Source: Carcharhinus amblyrhynchos
Lineage: Eukaryota
Direction of reading: 5' to 3'
DNA length: 64,000 nucleotides
NCBI GenBank assembly: GCA_965287045.1
Contig: OZ336878.1
Location: 51,708,001-51,772,000 of the forward strand
The notes beneath the pieces were generated by a model that was not told the DNA's origin, made no database searches, and was given only the letters and a program-made list of their open reading frames with translations. Within the stretch, counting starts at the first letter, position 1; each line of letters opens with the position of its first letter. Position numbers and translations under genes: made by a program. Shown one piece after another: positions 13,061 to 23,747 of this stretch.

Positions 13061-13346
13061 GGACTTGCAGGATAATTACCCCTCAGCAAATAAACAATCA
13101 GCTTAATTGTGCAGGGGAAAATAAGGCATTTTATCCTTCCTCCACCTTTGTAGTGTCAAACAAATCAGAAAGCACAGTTTAATATTTTACAGTAGATATA
13201 TAAACAGAATTAATTAAATGGAATTAACTTCTAAAACCAGACAATATTCCCAGTTGGTTATTATGAGAGAGGATTGGGAGAAAAGTGATTTCGTATGAAA
13301 GGCAAGGTGCCATTTAAACTTTATACTTGATAGTAGGAAATTAGCC

Positions 13347-14489
13347 TGTTATATTGTTACCCTGAGAGTTCATCTTGTTTCAGTGTGAGGATGAACAAGA
13401 ATCCTGTCATCTGGAGTGACATGCTATTGTGTTGTATGATGCAGACTACTAAGTTTATCTTATTTCTTACTTTGAAGGGTATTTTGGAATAAGATTCCCT
13501 TTTTACCATCATATATCTATTCCCTTTCTCAGCCTAGCATCTGCAGGTGATGTGGAAGATGCATGATTTGCTCACAGATCAGCACCCATAAAACTGACTG
13601 CCAATAAGTTTCCAAAACCCAAGATACGACACTTGTTAGAACCATTTCTTTCAAAACTGAATTTCTGTTTTGAAATATGAAAGCACATTGCATTATCTGA
13701 CATTTGAGTGCTAACCAGAGAGCTTTTCTTTTAAAAAATAAGTTCACCTTGGAACTGTCAACAAACAGGCCACTTCCAAGAAATCAACTGGCCTTTATGG
13801 TACTTGAGGAAGATCTGTTTATTTTGAACTGAAATTATTTTTATTATTTTAACTCAATTTTGAACTTGCTTGTTTTGAAGTTAGTCTTGGTGAATAAGCT
13901 GAGAAGGGAAGGCTACTCTAAACTTCCTCTCTCTCTTTCTCTATGCCTTGCTAGAAATTTTATGTGGCTATCAACCTGTAGTCAGAGAGTCCTCCTCTGA
14001 GTGTAACTTGTCTACATTTGGACCTGTAAAGCTAAGATCTGAAGAATTGATCCAGCCCTATATTTTCCTCTAGACCAAAGTTCTATTGGTGAGAACCTAC
14101 AGACATCTACCAGAACCAGCAGCCCATCTTCACACGAGGATGCTCCAGATGGACATCATCAAGATCCTGCAAATGTTATCCATTATCTTATAATGCCTAT
14201 CCTCTAAAGTCCATTTCTGCAGAGAAACTCTGTGTATGCATTAGGGATATTATTTTAGGAAGAGATAGTTAAACTTCCACATTGTAATTGTGTATTAACC
14301 AGTAGCTGCAACTTGTTAAAATGTTTTGTTTTATAATAAACAATTGTTCTCAGTATATTTAAGCAGTCTGGTTAAAGTCTTTTATTCTGGTGAAAGCAAA
14401 CAACTGTCATTTTGGTGAGTAAATTAAACTTTTAAATTTAAATGTGGAGTACTGATATTACAAACACTCTTCCTATCCAGGTTGTAATG
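13347..14489 (+). mobile_element. Possible solo LTR
   Basis: Begins tgttat, has aataaa at 14335-14340 and ends ggttgtaat; overall LTR-like layout only, no TSD verified. Confidence 0.3.
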
Positions 14490-15249
14490 TGCTTTTGCTG
14501 AGATTTTATTCCTTGCTGATCAGATCTGACACCTTTGTGGACTCTGCTCACCGCATCTTGACATGATAAGCCTCTGATGGGAAACTAGATTGAGTAGAAC
14601 TAGCACCAGTATCCTTGGCAAGCTTGTGGCCTACTAACATTCAGCACCTGAAAATTCTCTAGAAAATCCCTTTATTATAGCAGTTAAAAGAAAAGAACTT
14701 TGGTTCACGGTTTAAAAGATTTTTTTTGGTCTCCACCCATCTCCAAAGTCCCTGTCAATTAAATTCAAAAGTCAACTTCAACTAGGAATTCCAAGGTTTT
14801 GCATCCTACACAAGACACAAGTTTGTGTCAGTAAGGTGTTATTGTAAGTGCATATTACAACAGTGACCACAGTAATTAATTGGTTGTGAAATGATTTGGG
14901 AAGATCCTGAGCTGATGAAAGGACCGGTGTAGGGATCACTGAGCTGACGATTGGTGTAAGTGACGTTGTTAGCAAAATGTTACTTACCTACAGAAATGCT
15001 CATTCTGTAGGAATGTACCTTACCCAGAGAAATACCCATTCTTTAGGTATGTACCCTACAGAAGATGTAGGTACATACCCAAGGGCAGATGTAGAGACTG
15101 AGCTGATGGCAGCTGTAGGAAGCACTAAGGGTAGATGTATTAGACTAAGGGCAGGTAAAGGAATCAATGAGTGTAACTGTAGGATCATGAGCTGAGAGAG
15201 ATGCAGCAACTATTAAGGGTGGATGACACAGGCTTTAAGCTGATTTTTA

Positions 15250-15624
15250 AAATTTCTTGGAATGTGGACATTGCTGGCTAGGCCAGCATTTATTGCCCAT
15301 CTAATTGTCCTTGTGAAGGTGGTGATGAGCTGCCTTCTTGAACCACTATGGTACATGTGTAGGTACACCCACAGTACTGTTAGGGAGGGAATTACCCAGC
15401 AACAGTGATGGAATGGCAACATATTTCCAAGTCAGGGTGGTGAGTGGCTTGGAAGGGAACTTCCAGGTGGTGATGTTCCCAATTATCTGCTGCTCTTGTC
15501 CTTTTAGATGGTAGTGTCTTGAGTTTGGAAGTTGCTGTTGAAGGAGCCTGGTGAACTCCTGCAGTGCATCTTCTGGATGGTATACACACAGCTGCTGTTG
15601 TGCGTCAGTGGCAGAGGCAGGGAA
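15250..15624 (-). mobile_element. LINE 3' end (abundant CR1/L2-type family)
   Basis: ggccagcatttattgcccat...gaaggtggtgatgagctgccttcttgaacc shared with 20935-21510, 60190-61150 and 61720-62770. Confidence 0.7.
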
Positions 15625-16210
15625 TGTTTAATTTATTATTGTCACATGTATTGGTAAACAGTGAAAAGTATTGTTTGTCGTGTGCTATAAAGACAAAATA
15701 TATTGTACATAGAGAACGAAAGCTGAGAGTGCTGATTATAGTGTTACATAATGCGAAGTAGCTATATTCAAAAGTCTGATGACAGCAGGGAAGGAGCTGT
15801 TCTTGAGTCGGTTGGAATATGTTCTCAGACTTTTGTATCTTTTTCCAGAAGGAAGAAGATGGAAGAGAGTATGTCCAGGTGCGTGGGGTCCTTAATTATA
15901 CTAGCTGCTTTTCTGATTGCCGTCTGTGGGTTAGGAAGTTCAAGATCCAGTTGCAGGGGGAGGAGCCGAGCCCCAGGCCATGGAGTTTGAAGATGCTTTT
16001 CATAGGAATAATGGTATTGAAGGTTGAGCTGTGGTCGGTAAATAAGAGCCTGACATAGGTATCTTTGTTACCTAGGTGTTCCAGGGCTGAATGCACGGCC
16101 CTGCAACACAGGGCTGATGGCATCTGCTGTGGACCTGTTACAGCAGTAGGCAAGCTGTAGTGAATCCAGACAATCTGGGGGGCTGGAATTGATTTGTGTC
16201 ATGACTAACA
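15625..16210 (-). mobile_element. Rex1/Babar-like LINE fragment
   Basis: [18 protein letters not shown] and [13 protein letters not shown] motifs; 3' end shared with 20990-21120 and 55175-55678. Confidence 0.75.
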
Positions 16211-16219
16211 TGGAGTGTT

Positions 16220-16745
16220 GTGGTGTAGTGGTCTGAGCAATCTTTAGGAGATATTGAGAGGGGGCTAAGGGCTTTGGGGTTATCATTGGAGATGTTTAGG
16301 GGTAATATGGTGGTTGTTTAGGGGCTATACTGGGGGGGGGTTAAGGATATATGGAGCGATGGTTAGGGGGATATCAAGAGGGAGTTTTAGAGATATATGG
16401 GGTGTTTAGGAGGTACATTGAGGAGATTTAGATGGCATATTGAGAGGGGATTTGGAGGCATGGGAGTGTTTAGGCAGTATATTGAGGGGGAGTTAGGGAT
16501 ATAAGGGAGTGTTCAGGGTGTATATGGAGAGGGAAGTTTGAAGCAAATAGGGGATGCTTAGGGAGAGTACAGGGCATTTAAGGGGTACACAGAGGGGGTT
16601 TAGGGGATATAGAGAGGATTTAAGGGATATATGGAGGTGCCTAGGGGTATACTGAGAGGGGGTTTGGAGTAAATGGGGGGTTTAGGGGTGCTTGGAGTTT
16701 TATTAAGAGGGGGATTTAAGGGTATATGGGGGAATGTTTCGGGGA
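16220..16745 (+). repeat. G-rich low-complexity degenerate repeat
   Basis: Recurrent ttaggggg/atatgg/gagggg units on the plus strand. Confidence 0.75.
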
Positions 16746-16919
16746 TTCCCATTTCCAATTTAGCTTGTTTACAATTTGGATCTTGAAAGAGATTTACCAA
16801 CACTTAATAAAACTCTTTAAGGACGATATTTAAAGAGATCGGCTTCCTTCAGGAGCGATGGGACGAATGCAAATTTAATTTTTAAAATTGAAAGGCTAAA
16901 ATTTCAGCACCTTAAATAT

Positions 16920-17115
16920 ATTTCGGAAACTCCCAGTACCGGGCTGCTCCTCCGCGGGCCAGGCCCTCACTCCAGCTACTCCCGGTGTCTGGAGCTGGCT
17001 CCCGGGACCGGAAGTATTGTCCCGGTTGCTAAGTAACGGGTAGACGGCGTCTCCGGTGGGTGCGTCTCCGGTGGGTGCGTCCCCCTCCTCCCCCTGCTGG
17101 TCGCCCACGGTCACT
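16920..17115 (-). promoter_or_regulatory. CpG-rich candidate UBE2U promoter with non-coding first exon
   Basis: Local CpG island; ETS site accggaagt 17007-17015; RFX X-box gttgctaagtaac 17025-17037; 15-bp tandem gcgtctccggtgggt; minus-strand donor GGA|GTGAGG with exon end at 16971. Confidence 0.6.
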
Positions 17116-17149
17116 ACAGAGAGAATCTGAGCAGCTGGACATGACCCTC

Positions 17150-17405
17150 ATCCCATCTGACTGCACCCCTATTTAAACCTTATTCTAAATTCATCTGACG
17201 GTAACTCCTTCTACACCTTGGTCTGACTTAATCTGATCTTTCTACACTTTGCTTTAAATTCATCTGATTGTGACTTCTTTTATACCTTGCTCTAAATTCA
17301 TCTGCAACCCCATTTAAATCTTGCTCTTAATTCCTCTAATTCCTTCTACAGCTTGCTCTGAATTTCTCTGACTGTAATTCCTTTTATATCTTGCACTGAA
17401 TTAAA
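17150..17405. repeat. Degenerate tandem repeat of about 35-40 bp units
   Basis: Repeated taaattcatctga...ttctacaccttgc units. Confidence 0.55.
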
Positions 17406-17534
17406 AGGATTTGAAACAGTCACTGACACAACACAAAACTCTCCCAGAGCTACATTAACCTGAGGATTCTGATACTATAAACACATAATCATTTCATGTT
17501 GTCATCTCTTTCCTTTGAAGTTTGGTTACTGCAA

Positions 17535-18665
17535 CCTACGGCATGCTAGGTTGTTGCATAAAGTTAAATCTCATGGGATTCAGGGTGAGATGTCTAAATG
17601 GATACAAAATTGGCTTCTTGATAGAAGCCAGAGTGATTATAGAGGGTTGTTTTTCAAAATGGAGGCCTGTGACCAGCAGTGTGCTTCAGGGATCAGTGCT
17701 GGCTCCACTGTTATTTGTCATTTATATTAATGATTTGGATGAGAATATAGGGGGCATAGTTAGTAAGTTTGCAGATGACACCAAGATTGGTGGCATGGTG
17801 GTCGATGAAGAAAGTTATCGCAACAAGATTTTGATTAACTGGGCCAGTGGGCTGACGAATGGTAGATGGAGTTTAATTTAGACAATTGTGAGATGATACA
17901 TTTTGGTAGATTGTACCAGGGCAGGACTTATTCAGTTAATGGTAGGGCGTTGGGGAGGATTACAGAAAAGAGATCTAGGGGTACATGTTCATAGCTCCTT
18001 GAAAGTGGAGTTACAGGTGGACAGAGTGGTGAAGAAGGCATTCAGCATGCTTGGTTTCATTGGTCAGAATGTTGAATACAGGAGTTGGGACGTCTTGCTG
18101 AAGTTGTTCAGGACATTGGTAAGGCCACACTTGGAATACTGTGTGCAATTCTGGTCACCCTATTGTAGAAAGGATATTATAAACTGGAAAGAGTGCAGAA
18201 AAGATTTTCTAGGATGCTACTGGGACTTGATGGATTGAGTTATAAGGAGAGGCTGGGTAGACTGGGACTTTTTCTCTGGAGCGTAGGAGGCTTAGGGGTG
18301 ATCTTACAAAGGTCTTTAAAATAATGAGGGGCATATCAGCTAGGTAGTCAATATCTTTTCCCAAAGATAGGGGAGTCTGAAACTAGAGTGCATAGGTTTA
18401 AGGTGAGAGGGGAGAGATACAAAAGTGTCCAGAGGGGCAATTTTTTCCACACAGAGGATGATGAGTGTCTGGAACAAGCTGCCAGAGCTAGCAGTAGAGA
18501 CGGGTACAATTTTATCTTTTAAAAAGCATTTCGATAGTTCCCTGGGTACCATGGGTATAGAGCGTTATGGGCCAAATGCGGGCAATTGGGATTAGCTTAG
18601 GAGTTTTAAAAAAAATGGTGGCATGGACAAGTTGGGCCGCAGGGCCTGTTTCCTCTATGACTCTA
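17535..18665 (+). mobile_element. CR1 LINE, 5'-truncated RT and 3' end
   Basis: QGSVLAPLLF, KFADDTK and LVRPHLEYCVQFWSP motifs; ctctatgactcta tail. Confidence 0.9.
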
Positions 18666-19189
18666 ATCATCATTCAACCTGGAGTCAGACTGGGATAAGA
18701 AGAGCATTTCCTTCCTCCTTGAAGGGAAGTATATGAAATAGACTCAGTTAATATGGTATTCCTTATTTTAAAAAATGTAGGTAAGAACCTGGCTAGGAAC
18801 AGTTTGTACGTCATAACAGTATGTATAAAACATTTATGGAGCTGATAGAACTGTGGAAACAGAAAAAAACTGCATTCTGGAAGTTAGAAATAGAAAATGC
18901 TGAGGAGGTCAGGCAGCATCTGTGGAGAGTCAGAGTTAGGTTATTAACATTTAATCCAGAACAAAGGGAAAAATTAGAGATGTACCAAGTTACAAGCAAG
19001 TGCTGAGATAGGGAAGACTGGGTGTATAAACAGGAAGAGATTAATGGAAGTAGAAGTGTGCATATTAGAGAGAGAGAGACAGGTGCAATTATAATGAGAG
19101 ATGAAGAACATACATTTATCTTCAAAGTAGTAGACACAAAAACATTCCACAAATGATGGAAGGTCTAGCAAGAATGAGGAACTTAATAA

Positions 19190-19479
19190 AAATCTCAGTA
19201 TAACTTAATAGTATTGGAGAAATTAATGGAATTGAGTGATGACAAACCTCCCGAGACCTGGTAACTTGCATCCTAGGGTTTTAAAGGAGATAAGTTCAGA
19301 AATAGTGCATGCATTAATTTTGATTTTCTACAATTCCTCAGATTTCTAGAACAGTTCTCAGGGCTAGAACGTAAGAAACAAAAAAACCTGCTAATTAAGA
19401 AAGGAGGGACATATAAATCGGGAACTATACACCATTCACCTAACAACAGTTATAGGTAGAATGCTAGGATCTATTATTT
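19190..19479 (+). mobile_element. CR1 ORF2 fragment (pre-RT region)
   Basis: gacaaacctcccgagacctggtaacttgcatcctagggttttaaaggag is a decayed DKSPGPDxLHPRVLKE; an inverted CR1 piece recurs at about 20735-20790. Confidence 0.75.
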
Positions 19480-20730
19480 TCTGACAATCATCTGGCCAGT
19501 CATGGATTAGGTACACTTAAGCTTGCAGCGTTCAGAATTAATGGAATGAAATTGAAGACTACATCAGAGCAAATAGCACATGTAGTGAATAATTTTATGG
19601 GAATGAGTGTTATTGAATTCAATACTGAGGGTGAAATTTAGCAAGTCAACAATGGCAGAGATGTCATGGTGAATGGGAGGACAGAGATGAAGGATTTAGC
19701 CAGCAATTTTAAATATTATTACGAGAGCTGAAGGAAATTTCTGAGGATGGATGGTTATGTTGGGTCATTGGGGAAAGTTAGGGTGATGTCAGTGACAAGA
19801 AAGGCAGGGAAATAGCCACACAAAGCTTGTTGATGATCAAATTGTTAGAGTGAAAAGATGTTGATATCAAGATGAATGAATGAGTGGGAGAATGTGCATA
19901 ATGAGTGTGATTGAGTGAGGATAGACATTGCAGATAAAAGATTTCCTAAGTTTCTGAAAAAGATCATCTAACAAACCTCACCTTCTAATCAAGGGACAGA
20001 AAACCGTCTCACTGGCATCCACCTGCAGCCCTTAAGCAGCTCCTGTTGGCTGACATACAAAGTTCCATTGTAAGACTCTTATGCAGGAATCAATTGTTGC
20101 TTCAATCTTCATTGTTTCCACACCAAAGCAACGATTGTAGAAATGGTCTGATCATTATGAGCTACTGGACCAAACAGACTATGTAAATGTGGTTAACAAA
20201 AACATTTTAAGGTTGAAAAATGTGTTGAAGCTAGCACACATAATAATATAAGAGTTGTGTTTGCAGAAGGTCAAGACAAGGGGACAATATTAAGAGTTGC
20301 ACGACCATTAAGAAGAACACACAGAACGGCCACATAAAAGTTGAATGAATTCCAACATGAAGCTATTAGAATTTAACAAGGCATTGGAATTATAAACAAA
20401 CTGCAATGCAAATCAAGCTAATTTATAATTTATAGGATAGATAAACTCTTTTGCATTGTTGGAATCATCATTTAAAAACATTTTTGTACATCAGTGAAAT
20501 CGCTGCCGAAGGGTACCCAATGACAACAGTGAAAACCATTTTGATCTCTAAAACTCAAAATTGTCTTTTGAATGTTATATGGGAAAAAACTAAGAACATT
20601 TTAAAATAGGAATATCAAACATGTCAATAACTTGGTGGATAAACACACCATTCAGTGTGAAGCTTTATTGTACAAAGCAGGAAATTCTGGAATATCAAAA
20701 CTAATGCATCCACTATCTCTGAAGTATTTT
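19480..20730 (+). pseudogene. Putative endogenous viral element: decayed L protein region C-terminal to the RdRp catalytic motifs
   Basis: Frame of about 115 codons with few stops from 19480. SLGKVRVMSVTR (19765-19800) resembles rhabdoviral SLGGVSGMSLSR; HPPAALKQLL...RNQLL (20016-20099) resembles SPANLLK...IRNQVI. Confidence 0.5.
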
Positions 20731-20934
20731 CTTTAAACCCGAGGCTGCAAGCTATCAGGTCCCAGGGGATTTGTCACCATTCAATCCCATTGTCTGTGCT
20801 GAATTAGTTGATATTAGCAGGAGGTGTAATGAATTATTGCAAGTCTTATTGCCCATGGGTCAAGGGGGGAACATCACTTAGTGCTCCTAATCGCTATCCA
20901 GTAACCTGTATTGGAAAGTATACCTTTTTAATAA

Positions 20935-21510
20935 TTCATGAGATGTGAGTGCTGTTGGCAACACCAGCATTTGTTGCCCTTAAAGCAGGTTTGATCTGAT
21001 TTGATTTATTATTGTCACATGTATTAACATACAGGGAAAAGTATTGTTTCTTGAGCGCTATACAGACAAAACATACTGTTCATAGAGAAGGAAACGGGAG
21101 CGTGCAGAATGTAGTGTATGAGGCTTTCTTAAATGGCTGCAGTCCATGTACATCCACAGTTTGTTAGGGAGGTACATCCAGGTTTCTGAGCTAGTGGCAG
21201 TGAAGGAACTGTTTCAAGTCAGGATGGTGTGTAAGTTGGAGGGGAATATGTAGGCGATGGTGTTCCTGTATGCATACTCCTTTGTTTTTGAAGTGTTGGA
21301 ATTTGTGGGTTTGGAAAGTGCTGTTAAAGAAGTTGTGGTGAATTGCTGAAGTGCGTCTTGTAGGTGGTATACTTTGCTGCCACTGCTCATCATTGATGGA
21401 GTGACTGAACAAATGGGAGCTAGTTAAATGGGCTGCTTTATCTTGGATGGTATTGAGCTTCTCAGGAGTTGTCAGAGATGCACCCATTCAGGCAAGTGGA
21501 AAGTATCCCA
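20935..21510 (-). mobile_element. LINE 3' end with a nested Rex1-like tail (20990-21120)
   Basis: ORF 21191-21487 (TTPEKLNTIQDKAAHL); ttgatttattattgtcacatg is the reverse-strand Rex1 tail. Confidence 0.7.
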
Positions 21511-21719
21511 TCTGCTGACAGCCAGCCCACCTACTGATAGTGATGATTCCCTCTCCACCCACCTCACTCCCTCTCACACTACCCACAGCCTATATTGCTC
21601 CTCTCCCCCACATCATTATTCATGTCTGGCCTGGGATCCAGTTATGATCCTGGGTCTCGGGTGGGTATTGTACTGGCAGCAGCCACCAGGGTATCAAACC
21701 ATTCAATAGAGCTTTTGAC

Positions 21720-21910
21720 GTCAGATTTGCTGGCAGCTCCCTCTGGGTGAGAAATAAATTCTCCCAAGGGTGGAAGAAAGAGGACAATTTCTCCAGCCAA
21801 GCAGGTCTGGATGCAAGTGGCAAAAGGAGTGAGTAGTACAAGTGTGGTTCCTCCAATCTGGAGACAGAGGATCCAGGATGGGAAAGATGAGTGGTTTAAC
21901 ACTTTCAGGT
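21720..21910 (+). mobile_element. Myb/SANT-like relic, possibly from a Harbinger transposon
   Basis: WMQVAKGVSSTSVVP..W.Q resembles the trihelix motif of Harbinger-associated proteins. Confidence 0.35.
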
Positions 21911-23429
21911 GTCAACCCCCATATTCTGACCTGCCCAGCATTCTCCCCCACAACACTCCAACTCATCAGAAGAATCAACTTGCAAATTCACTCATTCCAC
22001 TCTCTGCAGGCACTTCACATCCCCACCTAAACAGCTAACATCCACATTCACCTTCATCTTCATCCTATTGCCCTCCACAACTAAAGTCTTTTCCTCCTCT
22101 CCACGCAAGAAATTACGAATACTCACTCAGAGCTCTCTGCTTCCTGTCCTTGTGGTAGAAGCAGGACACAACCTGGTGAAAGGCCGATACCTGGGTGGGG
22201 GAGGGGAAGGGTGAGACAGGGTGTGGCCCTTCAATGACATTGCCTTGTTGGTCACTCAATGTGTGCCTACCTGTTCCACTGGGAAAGAACTCTTGTTCCA
22301 CTGCGGATGTCAGCAGTGACCTGGCACAAGATAATTCTAATTGGCTGTTTCATAACCTTAAGAACACATTGTTAATGTCAGGGTGTAAGTCAACCTTTGA
22401 TGCCTTGAAAAATCTCTCCAAAAATGGCGGTCACCTTATACGCAGAATATAAAAGTGAAACACTGCAGTGGGTGTGGGTTATTGCCATTTTGAAAAGTTA
22501 TCTGCTTTGGATGCAATGATTCGGTGTGTCTTAAACTCTTGCACCACATTCCCTCTCGCTTCCTTGATTGCTTACTCCCAGATATAAGATGCCAGTGGTA
22601 AAACATGTATTTATGGGAGAACAATTGAGGCTGACTGCTAATGTGGCTAACATTTGTCATGGCTGAAGAGGAGGATTAACTCACATGCCTCGTATATGCA
22701 AAATTACTTCTGGGGCCAGGAAAATGTGATTGTCTTATATGCTAGATTGACTTGTATGTAACGATTCACAGTATTGTACAGATCTAAGGGAGTTCCCAGC
22801 TTGCCTTCAGTCCTGCCCTGGAAGAGGGTGGGTGGTGTTGAAATGTTGACCCATAATTAGTTCCAGGGGATTTGACTGCCCCCACCTCCCACCATATGCA
22901 AACACATCTCTTGTTGCCTGGGAAAAGTTCCCTCATGGTTTCACGAAGCTTCTCTCATCCTTCCTCACCAATTCATTAATCATTGCTTCATCAGCTACTT
23001 AAAAATAACTGATGTGAGCCTCCCTAACCCCAGTGAACTGCAAGGTGATGACATGTATTTTATGTGCAGTGATTGCAAGAACTAAACAGGACAGGAAGCA
23101 ACAAATAAGACTAGATTCCATTTTATCTAATGGAGCCATCAGTACCTTTAAAATAAAACTAATTTTAATTGCATTTGTTGTTTGCTAAGTGCTGCAAATT
23201 TGTGGCTTTCTACTCCTCCAACCTGCTCTCCTCATTTTCTCACCTCATAAAAATGCTGCCTCTATTTCTAGTTGAGACTTGCAAAAGTGGCTATTCTTCA
23301 TCATTGAGTAAGAGGGAATGTTGGGAACGCTTTTAACTATGGATTATGGAAGGACCCAGAGATGGGGGACTTCACAGCCAAGCTTGATGCTGTCAATTCT
23401 TGACACAATTCAACACGTGTTGATGGATA

Positions 23430-23747
23430 AAGTTTAAAGTTTTAGTTTACTTATTAACGTTACAAGTAAGCTTATATTAAAACTGCGATGAGGTCACTGT
23501 GAAAATTTCCTAGTCGCCACACTCCAATATCTGTTCAGGTACAGAGGGAGAATTTAGCACGGCCATTGTCCCTAACCAGCACGTCTTTGGACTGTGGGAG
23601 GAAACTGGGGCACCCGGAGAGGAAACCCACGTAGACACAGGGAGAATGTGCAGACTTCTTACAGTCAGTGACCCCAAGGCAGGAATTGAACCCGAGTCCC
23701 TGGCGCTGTGAGGCAGCAGTGTTAACCACTGTGCCACCATGCTGCCA
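23430..23747 (-). mobile_element. HE1-like tRNA-derived SINE
   Basis: ggcagcatggtggcacagtggttaacactgctgcctcacag...gggttcaattcc (Pol III A and B boxes). Confidence 0.85.

Noticed and set aside
17150-17405. CRISPR-like repeat array
   Set aside because: Eukaryotic context; degenerate tandem units without constant repeats and unique spacers.
23680-23747. tRNA gene
   Set aside because: The A and B boxes belong to a tRNA-derived SINE head repeated several times in the window.
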